This document shows, piece by piece, positions 1 to 12,119 of a stretch of 64,000 nucleotides of DNA. Source of the DNA: Octopus sinensis (Eukaryota); the NCBI RefSeq assembly GCF_006345805.1, contig NC_042999.1, positions 172,050,001 to 172,114,000 of the forward strand. The letters run 5' to 3'. The notes under the pieces were generated by a model. The model saw only the letters and a program-made list of their open reading frames with translations. It ran no database searches and was not told where the DNA came from. Positions within the stretch are counted from its first letter, which is position 1. Every line of letters starts with the position of its first letter. The translations under genes and the position numbers were made by a program.

Positions 1-290
1 GATACTAAATTTTGAGAGATAAATATACGTTTTTTTTGCAAAGGTGTAAAGGGAAATGAAGTTGATGGTATAAATGTTACCAGATATTCTAGGGACAACA
101 CTGCAGGCATTATCGTTAGGATGAACAAGGTTTGTTCATGTAATATAAGCATTGCTGCGTTCTCTTGCACAACATAGGCTGTTATGAAAGTAAAGATGCT
201 TATATTTAATAAATTCTGTTGAAATTTCTACAAAACAAGACAAAGTAATTTTAAAGGCAATATAGATTTTGAATATGAGAGAATACGGCT
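1..290 (+). repeat. Diverged copy of the 4427-4708 segment (runs off the window start)
   Basis: Aligns by eye with 4427-4708. Shared blocks include ggacaacactg, atcgttagg, gatgctta, gacaaagta.ttttaaaggcaatata and gagagaatacggct; roughly 70-75% identity estimated visually. Confidence 0.8.
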
Positions 291-329
291 ATTTGTATTC
301 CTCCATAAGGGTGTGTGGGGGGGGGGGCA

Positions 330-1150
330 ATTACTTGCAGTGGCGTTGGTACTTGGATCTTATCGTACAACCATTCCATCGGTTCCTCCAATTTCTCTGG
401 CTGGCTTTTCACGAATCACTTTTATAGTTGGCTCTTGTGTCTGTTTTGTGTGCCTTTTCTACTTCTTACCCAGTACATTTTACTTATTTTACTTATACAT
501 TTGGTAATTATGCCATCTACCCAACTCTGCTTTCCATTTTTGTATGCCCTCATATATACCTTTTCACCAACTGTAAAGTATCTTGCTATGTCTCTCCTGA
601 CAATTCTTCCGTTCTTGCCAGGTAGCAATTTATCAAAGACTGATTTCTTTTTCCTTGCAAGCATCAGTTCCGCTTGTGAGCTACCTGCTGGTGTATTCGG
701 ATTTGGTGTCATACGGTACACTTTTAAAAATTATTGTAGACTTCCATAGTCCGTAACTTCTGTATTCGACTTTCTAACGGATCTCTTGAGGATATCGACA
801 AAGCGTTCTGCTTGCTTATCCATTAGATCTGGGATGGTATGGTGCCGCAGTTATATGTTCTACGACGAACGTTTCACTAAATCTTTTTTATTCGCTAGAC
901 ACAAATTGCGTTCCATTGTCAGACACAAGCTGGTTTGCCAAACCTTGCAAACAATCTGTGTAAAAAAATAATCGGAATTGAAGGGGTTTGGTTTTTTACA
1001 CTTACAAATCTGTGGCCATATCGAGAAACTACCAACTACCACTGAGTAGTAAGAACTATTTAAAGGACTAGCAAAATCGATGTGTAGTCTCTGCCACGGA
1101 ACACCTACTTTTGAACAATGTTTACTTTTTATCGTGGGCAATTTTTCATT
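330..1150 (-). pseudogene. Gypsy integrase and pol C-terminal remnant
   Basis: ORFs 860..1429(-) and 422..721(-) contain the PWQRLHIDF integrase motif and the typical F.VGEKVY.R.Y......W..G.I tail; frameshifted. Confidence 0.85.
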
Positions 1151-1229
1151 TCGATTTGGCTTAATGACATGTGTTCCACTCTGATTTACAGCAAGTTTTT
1201 GTTTCGGTCCTTCAACCGCATTAGAACCT

Positions 1230-2440
1230 TCGACTGAATAGACTATATTTCCACACAGAACACTAATGGGCGTATTCCACAATTTGAATAGTTCCATCCA
1301 CTCGGTGCCAAATATATTAAATGAATCATTTAATACATATATCTTTACCTTTTTCGTTTGATCTCGAAATATTATATTACATACGAATTCACTGGAAAAA
1401 AAAATACAATCTTTTTTCCCGTAAGACAATGTGATACCTTTTCAGATTTAATTAATTTCCGCTTACCAGTATATTTCCATGATTCTTCCGTTAATAGTGA
1501 GGACATCATTTTCAGTGTCCAACTGCATTTAATACTTGTATCCTTGATTTTCACCTTCACGAATTTCCTCATCGGTATATTTCCAATTTCTTCCGATGTT
1601 TAAACGATTTATTCTTTTTTCTTTGTTTTGATGGTTTGTCGTCTTCGTTCTTCAATGCGTTTTTATATATCCTATATTTCCACAACAAAAGGACTCCGCT
1701 TTTTTAAATGAAGAATTTTTCCTCAACTGTATACCTCCTCATACAAAACAAGGGTTTATTTCCTGAATTTTGTCGTGTTTTTAGAAAACATTTTATCTCT
1801 ATTCTGACTATTTCATACTTGCTTTACTTGGAAACAATCCACGTTCAATTTCCTCTGCGACGTGTCTTAATTTGATTAAAATTTCACAATCTTCTGACAC
1901 TTGCTGTATGGTTACACCCTGACTTTGTTCCAGTTTTGCTAGAATTCTAGTTCTACCTTCTGCGTCCTTTTCGGCAGCAAGTCCTAATGTAAAAATCAAG
2001 CATTTGAACATATCTGGCGTTAATTCCTCTAACTTAAACTACTCGCATTTCCTGTTTACTTTACCAGCACATGCAATGTAGTCCTCGTCGTTGTTTTTCT
2101 CTATAATCAGACACTTCCAACGAATATTGAACGATAAGCTTTCTTTCACTAAGCATTTTCCACAATATATCTATTGTATCATAAATTTTATGTACGGCGG
2201 TTTTCTTAGAAGTACAAAATTACTGCATATTTCCTGTTCTGCTGCCGCCAGGTTTCTCAAGATTCAGCGCGTTTACATCTCGTCGTCACAATCTGTAAAT
2301 TCTTTATCGAAGATTTGCTCATATCTTTTGTAGAATGCTTCGAAAGTAACTTTTTCGTGAGGTTCGAATTTAAACTCTGTTATGGATTTCTCTAGAACAC
2401 TTTCTCTATCTTTCCTGGCGACTTCAGTAATTGCAGCATT
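1230..2440 (-). pseudogene. Gypsy gag-protease remnant
   Basis: SITEFKFEPHEKVTFEAFYKRYEQIF (~2310-2395), RTRILAKLEQ, and protease LDT motif followed by FNIFGTEWMELFKLW; contains stops and frameshifts. Confidence 0.8.
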
Positions 2441-2660
2441 TGTTGCAGTAATATTATGTGTTGTTATTGTTGCTTCTGTTGCTGTTATTCTTCCAGTTGC
2501 TGTTGTTGCTCTTTTTGCAATTCGATCAAACCGGCCAACAAGTTTACCATAATGTTACGATTTCTTCGTTAAACTCAAACAACAAAAACTTTTGTGGGTT
2601 TATTATTTCCTCGTGAGTTGTTAATTCCTTGTGAGTAGTTAATTCCTCGTGAGTTGTTTA

Positions 2661-2674
2661 AATCCTGATCGCCA
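2661..2674 (-). promoter_or_regulatory. Primer-binding site (tRNA-Ser(GCU)-like)
   Basis: Minus strand reads ...TGTAACA G TGGCGATCAGGATT. This matches the common Mag-type PBS TGGCGACGAGGAT with 2 mismatches, 1 nt after an LTR-like ...CA end. Confidence 0.7.
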
Positions 2675-2675
2675 C

Positions 2676-2898
2676 TGTTACAATCTTATAATGTTGGATT
2701 GTTATAACGCCCATGGCGGTATAAAGTATACTTACTAAAACCATAAAAAGCTCAACTATCCCTGACTGCCTACTACGTATTCAGGTACTAAACGAACTTC
2801 TGTTTACTTATAGTGACTATGTTATTCCGTTCACGTGAGAGGGTTGTGCCATTATTACTAATTACCTATAGTACAAAGTTATAGCGGTGATTTACACA
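2676..2898 (-). repeat. Probable 5' LTR of the Gypsy element
   Basis: Starts TGT on + next to the PBS and ends ...TTTACACA. The right boundary is approximate and there is no second copy in the window. Confidence 0.5.
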
Positions 2899-2929
2899 TT
2901 TCAGATTTTCTATATTTATATGTTCACTA

Positions 2930-3148
2930 GGGCGGCGACCTGGCAGAAACGTTAGCACAACGGACAAAATGTTTTGCGATATTTCGTCTGTCTTTTCGTT
3001 CTGAGTTCAAATTCTGTCGAGGTGGACTTTACCTTTCATCCTTTCGGGGTCGATAAATTTATTACCAGTTGCATATTGGAGTCGATCTAATCGATTGTCT
3101 CCCTCGCCAAAAATTTCGAATCTTGTACCTAGAGTAGAAAAGAATATT
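2930..3148 (+). mobile_element. SINE family A (ggcggcgagctggcagaa...tttcggggtcgataaa type)
   Basis: tRNA-like head with B-box-like gagttcaaattc; body ctttcatcctttcggggtcgataaa; 3' agagtagaaaagaatatt. Homologous to 36258-36466. Confidence 0.85.
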
Positions 3149-3664
3149 TATATATTCTCTGTGTACTCGTCGAATTAAAGAACAATACTTTAGAACCATT
3201 TCTTTAAATGTGCACTTAGTCCTTTATATGTTTTACTATTTGCATCGAGGAGTCTCGTGTTGCATCTCATTCGCAACTCAATCACAAATACATATATGTT
3301 ACAAATATACAAGCATGTGTGTGTATGTATGTGCGTTTTCATGCATGCATGTATATGTGACGTTAATTCTACGTTGCTTATTTCCACAGAGGAATGCAAA
3401 TAAAAAATCTAACCTTACGAATCTTTGCTTGTTTTGAGACCCAGATGTGAAGACCTTATGGACTATGTGCGAAGTGATTCGCTCTATTTCGATTATATCA
3501 ATATTTTGAAATTCTGTAATCTGCCTTAAAATCTAGTGTTGCTTAAACAGACATAGACAATCCAATCTACATACACATGCTTAAACCTGTACAAAATTCA
3601 ATTTCTTTTTTTATAACAGACATATCAAAATATATTTCTAAATTATTTTAAAATGCGTTTGCAG

Positions 3665-3861
3665 GTGATTAGTTAAATAATATTTACATGAATGGATATT
3701 GCAAATGCACAGGAAAAAACTTTGGTCAATACTGTAGTGCATTATCGGAAAACCAGAATTTTATTAGATTTTCCCTGATAACCAGGATTGATAACCAGGA
3801 TTTTATTAGATATTTAATGATATATGGTCGCTCTAGCAATCCCTGCCTCAATATTACATAA
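3665..3861 (+). pseudogene. Decayed EGF-like domain exon remnant
   Basis: Frame 1 gives MNGYCKCTGKNFGQYC (3688-3735) and SSNPCLN (3832-3852). Preceded by a tttgcag|GT phase-1-like acceptor with an in-frame TAG at 3670. Confidence 0.6.
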
Positions 3862-4426
3862 TATAGTGCTGCACATGTTTTATAAATGCATTTCAAATAT
3901 ACTTTCTACTTAGTCCCTTAAAACAATACGGCAGAGTTAATGTATTGCCATTGGCACTGTTTTTATTGAAGGAAAGACAATTATGACTGTAGATATACCA
4001 TTGACCAGAAATCAGCTCATCCGGATTGACTTGAGGTTAAATAACATCAACCTTATAGTAAATAATTTCATCACAATTCCTATTTACTCATTATGTTGTC
4101 GCAGAAATAGCAAATGAGTATAAATAGGAAAAAAATCATATTTATATAATGCAATATATGTAATGAAAATCATTTTTGTGTTCAATATTGAAGCAATTGA
4201 CATAATTAACGCTTACTTTTTCAAGAACACTATATAATTTACATTTTCCGTCAACACTTTATAGGTTTATATCATACCTTGCGTTCTTCAAAGTTGGGTT
4301 ACCCTTGAATCATGTTATTTATCTATCCTTGTTAAGCTGAATAGTTTCTCTGGAGTTAACAGTAATCGAGCGTACGTATGTTCTGTGGTGCTCTACTCAA
4401 ATATTCGTCATTTATAATGAGTGAGT

Positions 4427-4708
4427 GATATTAAATTTTGTAAGATATCTATGTATTTTATTGAAAAAAGTGTAAAGTTAAATGAAGTTTATGTAACAAA
4501 TGTTACTATAAATGCAACGGACAACACTGGATGCATAATCGTTAGGTCACACAAAGGTTGTTCATATTTAATATAAGTAGAGCTGCCCTCTCTTACGTAT
4601 CATAGGTGGCTATGAAAAGGAGGATGCTTAAATTTGATAAATTTTCTACAGAACACGACAAAGTAGTTTTAAAGGCAATATATGTTTTGAATAGGAGAGA
4701 ATACGGCT
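4427..4708 (+). repeat. Diverged copy of the 1-290 segment
   Basis: Same blocks as 1-290; the similarity ends at gagagaatacggct in both copies. Confidence 0.8.
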
Positions 4709-4944
4709 GTAAGAGCACTTATTCAACGAACAGGTAGCTGGCGCTTAGCGTCTGGTATATGTCGTTTGATTCTCTCTCCCACTGTTTCTCTATACACATG
4801 CACATACATGCAGACACACACACACACACATATATATATATATCAGTATATGGATATGTATTCTATATATGTATTTACTTATGCATAAATATATATGCAT
4901 ATATATATATACTTTAATTAAAAGCAGCAGAAATTCAACAAAAC

Positions 4945-4982
4945 CCGTTACTGGGAGTTTCACGTTCCCGTTCGTCGGACAG
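4945..4982 (-). ncRNA. Minimal type-I hammerhead ribozyme motif (core variant CCGACGA)
   Basis: Minus strand: CUGU-CCGACGA-ACG(GGAA)CGU-GAAA-CU(CCC)AG-UA/ACGG. Stem I CUGU/ACGG, stem II 3 bp, GUA cleavage triplet. U4 of the core is replaced by C. Confidence 0.65.
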
Positions 4983-5106
4983 TTTTGTTAAAATTTAACC
5001 GATATGACAAATCTATCAAGACTAGTATAAACGTTACACCTTTAAAAATGGACTTGTTTGATTGGTCCTTTCAAATAACGGTCATATGCGAGCGATAAAA
5101 AAAACA

Positions 5107-5194
5107 TATATATATATATATGTATATGTATATGTGTATATATCTTTATCTATATCTATATCTATCTATATATATACATACATATATATAAGTG

Positions 5195-5284
<90 letters not shown>

Positions 5285-5315
5285 CACACGCTCACACGCA
5301 CACACACACACACAC

Positions 5316-5354
<39 letters not shown>

Positions 5355-5370
5355 GTGTGTATATATATAT
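5107..5370. repeat. Compound microsatellite (TA)n/(GATA)n/(CA)n
   Basis: Directly visible. Confidence 0.95.
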
Positions 5371-5860
5371 ATTTAGTTGCGTACTTACACCACACACACA
5401 TGTGCTCATTCGCATGAGCGTAAGTGTGTGAGTCCTAGTGTGTGTTACAATATGTTTATGCGTGTCTGTGTACGTGTGATCATATCTATATATAAACGTA
5501 GTATGTACAGGCGGATATGCCTGTTTTAAAACATATGCGCTGATCTGTTTATATATGCATGTGATAGTTGCATATATAAGTACTGTTCTATATATGTATA
5601 TATGTTTCTGTGTTTTACAGCATATTTCCGTGCAAAGTTTCTATTCAAACGCTAATATGTAGGAACCTATGAGCATAATATTAGCCTGCGTGTGAAATAT
5701 TATTAATTTAGGACAGACTTTTATGTCCCTGAAAATATATACAAATTAGCTTTTAATACACTTAAGTTAATTGTCAGTTTTATTTTGACACGCCACGTAA
5801 GTTCAGTTCATGTTTTCAAAAATCTGGTTTTGGACATGTCTTGTATAGATTTTTGTTCTG

Positions 5861-5985
<125 letters not shown>

Positions 5986-6789
5986 TTATTTCTTCTGAAA
6001 TATTTCAACATAAATACATCTCAAAGCTTGGTGTTATAAGTTAATTGAACCATTTAGTTGTCTCTGAAACCATTCGCTCTAAAGACACGAGAATAATCTA
6101 CCTTATTAATGTGACAATATTTTAGATTCTATTGCAAGAGAAAAATTAGACACTATCATGCAAAACACATCATGTAAATTGCAATCTTTTGTGTTAATTG
6201 TTTAAAATGTTATTATTTGATTTTAGTTGATGGTGTTCCAACTTATTATTTTATAATAATTTATAATTTTGATATATTATTTTAGAATTTTGATGATTTA
6301 TATAATTTCAGAGATGACATGTTAATGCTTTATTTATTGCGTTTGTTGTTATCCTTGTAGTCGACATATTTCTTGTGTTCATTGTTGTTGAATTTGTTAA
6401 AGATTTTTTTTTTTCTTGAGCTAATTTGGTTTACTTGTTACTTTTTCATGTTCCAAGAGGTTTCATCGTCTGCTAATGCCGATAATATCTCCTTCTCTCC
6501 CTCCACACATTGTTCGAGTTGTATATGTTAAATTTACTCTCACCCGTTTTCCCATGATTCAGCAATTATAGTATAGTTATATCAATGCAACATGAAGGCG
6601 ATGTGCTTTGGTGTTTCCTAAGGCAGTTCGTGTTATGTATGAAATATCACGAAATATAATGCCATACTTGAGAAGACATGATTTGATATATTGGTATTGG
6701 AACTTCGTTGAAAATAACTTTATTACTCATACGTTTACACATGCATGTAGATATAACACACTCAAAAATTGAGAATCACGTAGGAGTAC

Positions 6790-6854
<65 letters not shown>

Positions 6855-7250
6855 TTAGAAAATGGAGATGTACCATTAATGATTATATGTATATAATATC
6901 TATAAATGCTTATGTGTGTGTGTATATAGATGGATGGATTCATGAACAGCAGAGATATTATTCGCACCGTATTGGGAAATTGGGTGACTGAATTATATTT
7001 AACTATTAGAAATTCTATCTGCAAAGAAAACGTCATGATTTTCAATGTGGTTTAAATATATTCCGTTTATACTTTTGATGTGCGTGTAAAAATACTGGAA
7101 ATCTCCTGACTCATCACCCAGCTGTGTGTGTTGCCCACCACTCTGAGCATATGTATCCGATTTCCTTCCTGAAAATTAAGTTATGCTGTTACTTTAATTT
7201 ATGATTGTCTTACATATTATTCAAGCAGTTTATGCTCTTGATTACAGAGA

Positions 7251-7298
<48 letters not shown>

Positions 7299-7299
7299 T

Positions 7300-8793
7300 A
7301 TATAAATAAATGAAATAAAATAATTAGACCAAAGCCAAACTTACAAATACTTAGGAATCCATGAACTAGATAAGACACAACACACACAAATGAAAGAGAA
7401 AATAAAAAAAAGAATATTATAGACGAGTTAGATCAATACTAAAACAGAGCTCAATGCTCAAAACAAGATAATAGGTATTAACACTTTAGCTGTCCCAGTT
7501 ATAAGTTACAGCTACAATATCCTTAACTGGACACTAAATGAACTGACCAAAATAGATAGGAAAACAAGAAAAATAATGACAGGATCTAGGATGCATCACC
7601 CAAACTCTGACATGGAAAGACTATATATACAACGTATAGAAGGCGGTAGAGGCCTTATACAACTGGAAAACTACTATAAAATAACTACCATAGGATTGCA
7701 AAAATATCTACTTCAGAAGGAAGGAAAACTGATAAAAATAGCGGCAAAAGACGAGCAAAACAAAAAACTGTTCTCAGTATTTAAGGTAGCTGACAAATAC
7801 AAACAAGAAATCATACCACCTAATAAATATGAAGAAGAAGAAGAGGAAGAAGATGAAGAAACAACAAAAGCTATAAAACAAATGAAATCCAAACTAAAAA
7901 TAGAACAGCAACGAACCATGATAAAACAATAGAAAGAAAAGCCCCTTCATGGTAAATACTGGACTAAACTAAACGCAAAAGAAATAGACAAAGAAAAATC
8001 CCAGCAATGGTTGAGAAGCTCAGGACTCAAAGCAGAAACAGAGGGATTTTTAATTGCAGCACAAGACCAAAGCCTCCCCACCAGAAATTACCAAAAACAT
8101 GTAATGAAAAGAAATATAACAAGTACCTGCAGAATATGTGGAGATGGACAAGAAACAATAAATCATATTATCTCTAGCAGCCCAGTCCTGGCTAAGAAGG
8201 AATATATTCACAGACATGACAGTGTTGGAACCTACATACATTGGAAGCTATGCCAACATTATGGAATAACAACAGAAAAAAGATGGTATAGGCACACACC
8301 AGAAAAGGTCACAGAAAACGAGAAAGCAACCATACTCTGGGATATGCCGATTCACACAGATAGAGAAATTAAGGGCAACAGACCAGATATAGTTGTCAGA
8401 GATCATGAAGAAAAAATGCTTTCTAATTGATGTATCAATACCGGAAGATGACAACGTGTCTCTAAAAGAAATGGAGAAACTCTCAAAATACAAAGACCTG
8501 GAAATAGAGGTAACCAGAATGTGGAATCTAAAAACAGAAACAATTCCTATCATAGTAGGTGCATTAGGCATGATAAAAAATATTCAGACAAATACATAAC
8601 AAAAACACCAGGACTTAAAAACACAAATAACATACAGAAAATTGCACTACTAGGCACTGCACACATCCTACGCAGAACACTTTCCATACAATGACCATCA
8701 GAGCATCACAACAAATCACAGCACATACCCAACGCACACATAGCTGCGCTTGGTATTGAAGTGAAAGCACGCTATAAAAATAAAACTACTGAA
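7300..8793 (+). mobile_element. 5'-truncated R4/Dong-clade non-LTR retrotransposon, subfamily 1
   Basis: YKYLGI (RT end), HHPNSDMERLYIQRIEGGRGL, CCHC finger CRICGDGQETINHIISS, restriction-like endonuclease NRPDIVV...FLIDVSIP, KYKDL, IIVGALG. The 3' UTR ends aaaactactgaa into (TAA)n; (AAT)n lies upstream. Confidence 0.9.
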
Positions 8794-8816
8794 TAATAAT
8801 AATATTAATAATAATA

Positions 8817-8865
<49 letters not shown>

Positions 8866-8892
8866 TAATAATAATAATAATAATAATAATAA

Positions 8893-9785
8893 ACAAGCTG
8901 ATGTTGACCAGAAGCAAACCCATCAGTGTCTACGGAGCTCAGGGCTAAAAGCAGAGAGCGAAGGTTTCATCCTGGCTGCTCAAGACCAAAGCCTATTAAC
9001 CCGGAACTACCAGGCCAATGTGATGAAAAATGGAGCAGACCCAAAATGCCGATTCTGCAACGACATGATTGAAACAGTGGACCACCTAATCTCTGGATGT
9101 AAAGTCTTAGCACCAGTAGAGTATAAATTAAGACATGACAGAGTTGGCCAATATCTCCACTGGCTAATAAGTCGGCATTACAATATCAAAACTGCCGACA
9201 AGTGGTATAATCACCACCCTGAGGCTGTAACTGAAGGAGAAAATGTAACCATTCTGTGGGACTTTCCAGTACATACAGACCGAACCATCAAGGCCAATAA
9301 ACCAGATATTGTTGTGAAAGACCAAAACAATAAAGTTTGCTTATTGATCGACATGAGCATCCCCTGTGATCATAATATCTCAGCGAAAGAGTTTGACAAG
9401 CTCAGAAAATATAAAGACCTACTCATTGAAATTGAGAAAATGTGGCATCTCAAGGCGGTTACAATACCAGTGATCGTAGGAGCACTAGGAATGATCAAGA
9501 AAGGAACCGAAAATTATATGAGAATGATCCCTGGCTTACCATCCCTGCAAGAAGTGCAAAAGATTGTCTTAACTGGTACATCACACGTATTGAGAAGAGC
9601 ATTGTCGATGTGAGAACTGTTGCTGCTCATGTATTTTAATTTAACTTTAAAAAAAAAAAAAAAGAACGAACGAACCACTGAGTTTGGTTTAATGGCCTAC
9701 CAATATACACTATGAGTTTCTTTGCCCTAGGAGTCGGGAAGACACTCGGCAAGAAATGGAAGCAAATTCGAAAGAAGAAAGAAAA

Positions 9786-9788
<3 letters not shown>
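8893..9788 (+). mobile_element. 5'-truncated R4/Dong-clade element, subfamily 2
   Basis: ORF 9020..9613: CRFCNDMIETVDHLISGC, ANKPDIVVKD..CLLIDMSIP, IVGALG, GTSHVLRRALSM. Its 3' UTR differs from subfamily 1; flanked by (AAT)n on both sides. Confidence 0.9.
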
Positions 9789-9816
<28 letters not shown>

Positions 9817-9846
9817 ATTGTAATAATAACAACAACAACAATAATA

Positions 9847-10895
9847 CACATGAAATTTGGCTTAGGAAAATATGCCAAAGCAAACTTGAAAAGAGGAAAA
9901 CTAGTTAAGAATAGCAACATTACACTTGGTAAAGCAGATGAAATAAGCGAATTATACTAAGGAATTAGACCAGGGCCAGACATAGAAATTCTTAGGAATC
10001 AATGAACTAGATATAATACAACATATACAAATTCAAGAGAAGATAAAACAGGAATACTATACACGAGTTACATTAATACTGAAAACAGAGCTCAATACGA
10101 AAAACAAGATAATAGGTATCAAAATTCTAGCCTTCCCAGTTATAAGTTACAGTTACAATGGGGGTAAACTAAACAGAAAAGATATACACAATGCGTGAGT
10201 AGCTCAGGACTCAAAACAGAGACTAAATGATTTTAAATTGCAGCACAGGGTCAAAGCTTTCCCACCAGAAATCACCAAAAACATGTAATTTAAAGGAATG
10301 AAAGTAACGTCAGAATATGTGAGGATGGATAAGAAACAATAAATCATATTGTCTCTGGCTGCTCAGTCCTGGCTCAGAAGAGATATATTCACAGATAAAA
10401 CAGAGTTGGGACCTATATACGCTGAAAGCTATGCCAACACTATGGAATAACAACAGAAAAATCTTAGTATAGTCACACGGAATAAAATAAGAAAGCACGG
10501 AAAATGAGAAAGCAAGTAAACTCTGGGATATACCAATATACACATATAGAGAAATTAAGACCAATATGCCGGATATAGTTGTCAGAGATCACCAAGAAAA
10601 AATAGCATTCTAATCGATATATCATTCTCAACAGATGACAATGTTTCTCTAAAAGAAACGGAGTAACTTTCAAAATACAAAGATCTGGAAATAAAGGTAA
10701 ATCGAATGTGGAGCCTAAAAGCAGTAATTGGTGTCATACTAGGCATATTACTTATGAGAAAAAAGAACATTCAGACAAATACATAGCAAATCTACAAGAC
10801 TTACAATTATATGCTACATACCGAAAATAACACTACTAGGTACCGTACACATTCTACATATAACACTCTCAATACGGTGAAAATAAGGGCACCAC
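9847..10895 (+). mobile_element. Degenerate R4/Dong subfamily-1 copy with internal deletion
   Basis: MKFGLGKYAKANLKRGKLV (RT), then DNA similar to 7330-7520 and 8010-8720; the HPNSD/GGRGL segment is missing. Confidence 0.8.
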
Positions 10896-10899
10896 AACA

Positions 10900-11267
10900 A
10901 ATCGGCGTAGCAGTGCCAAGCTATCAACATATCATCATGAAAGAAAAGAAAAAGTTGATATATATGGAAATCTGAGAATTGAGATCGCTACGTTTTGGCA
11001 GCTACGAGAGTCGAACATAAAGATTAACCCTATTGCCATCGGAGCGTTGTGTTCAGTACCAACCAATCTGTAAAAACATCTCAAAACCTTAGAGATACAC
11101 TACAATCTAGATGTATTGCAGACGTCGGCATTACTTGCAACTGCACGTATACTGCGTAAAGTACTGTCTATCTAAGCTCCTCATTGTGACTTGACAAACA
11201 GTACAAACCCCCAGTAGACACAATATCCTCAATCAACAACCTCACAATATTGTATACTCTACATCTA
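10900..11267 (+). mobile_element. 3' fragment of a third R4/Dong-like subfamily with a (TAG)n tail
   Basis: Translates VAVPSYQHIIMKEKKKVDIYGNLRIEIATFWQL...PIAIGAL...TSALLATARILRKVLSI*, followed by its own 3' UTR and (TAG)n from 11268. Confidence 0.75.
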
Positions 11268-11317
<50 letters not shown>

Positions 11318-11459
11318 ATATTAATAATAATGATAATAATGATAATAGTGTTAATAATAATAATAATAATAACAATAATAATAATAATAATAATAATGAT
11401 ACTAATAATAATAATAATGATAATAATAATAATAATAATAATAATTAATAGTAGTAATA

Positions 11460-11505
<46 letters not shown>

Positions 11506-11525
11506 TAATGGTAATGGTATTGGTA

Positions 11526-11577
<52 letters not shown>
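11268..11577. repeat. (TAG)n then (AAT)n microsatellite
   Basis: Directly visible. Confidence 0.95.
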
Positions 11578-11578
<1 letters not shown>

Positions 11579-12030
11579 GGATATTCCGATACACACAGAT
11601 AGAGAAATTAAGGCTAACATACCAGATATAGTTGTCAGAGATCATGAAGGAAAAAAAATGCATTCTAATTGATGTATCAATACCGGCAGATGACAATGTG
11701 TCTCTAAAAGAAATGGAGAAACTTTCAAAATACAAAGACCTGGAGATAGAGGTAACCAGAATGTAGAATCAAAAACAGGAACAATTCCTATCATAGTAGG
11801 TGCATTAGGCATGATAAAAAAATATTCAGACAAATACATAACAAAAACACCAGGACTTACAAACACATATAAGATACAGAAAATTGCACTACTAGGCACT
11901 GCACACATCCTACGCAGAACACTTTCCATGCAATAACCATCAGAGCATCACAACAAATCACAGCACATACCTAAGGCACACAGAGCTGCGCTCGGTAGTG
12001 AAGTGAAAGCACGCTATAAAAATAAAACTA

Positions 12031-12035
<5 letters not shown>
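11578..12035 (+). mobile_element. Short 5'-truncated R4/Dong subfamily-1 copy
   Basis: Near-identical to 8340-8793; ends aaaactactgaa(TAA)n and has (AAT)n upstream. Confidence 0.9.
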
Positions 12036-12112
<77 letters not shown>

Positions 12113-12119
12113 TAATATA

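Larger units (their letters stand above)
300..2898 (-). mobile_element. Degenerate Gypsy/Ty3 LTR retrotransposon (Mag-like, K02A2.6-type), RT/RNaseH deleted, 3' LTR absent
   Basis: Minus-strand remnants in gag-protease-integrase order: gag RTRILAKLEQSQGVTIQQVSEDCE (1808-2011); protease MQLDTENDV, an LDTG-like motif (~1500-1530); integrase VPWQRLHIDFASPLN..VVVGSFSIWPQI (~1015-1110); pol C-terminus GEKVYMRAYKNGKQSWVDG (422-721). PBS and a candidate LTR lie at 2661-2898. Confidence 0.88.

Noticed and set aside
1-290. Possible 3' LTR of the Gypsy element
   Set aside because: No similarity to the candidate 5' LTR (2676-2898); it matches 4427-4708 instead.
4427-4708. Cadherin-like reading (VTINATDNTG ... 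LNRREY), and protocadherin-like readings at 17280-17500 and 38930-38980
   Set aside because: No clear DxNDN, LDRE or DxD motifs; the resemblance is too weak to call by eye.
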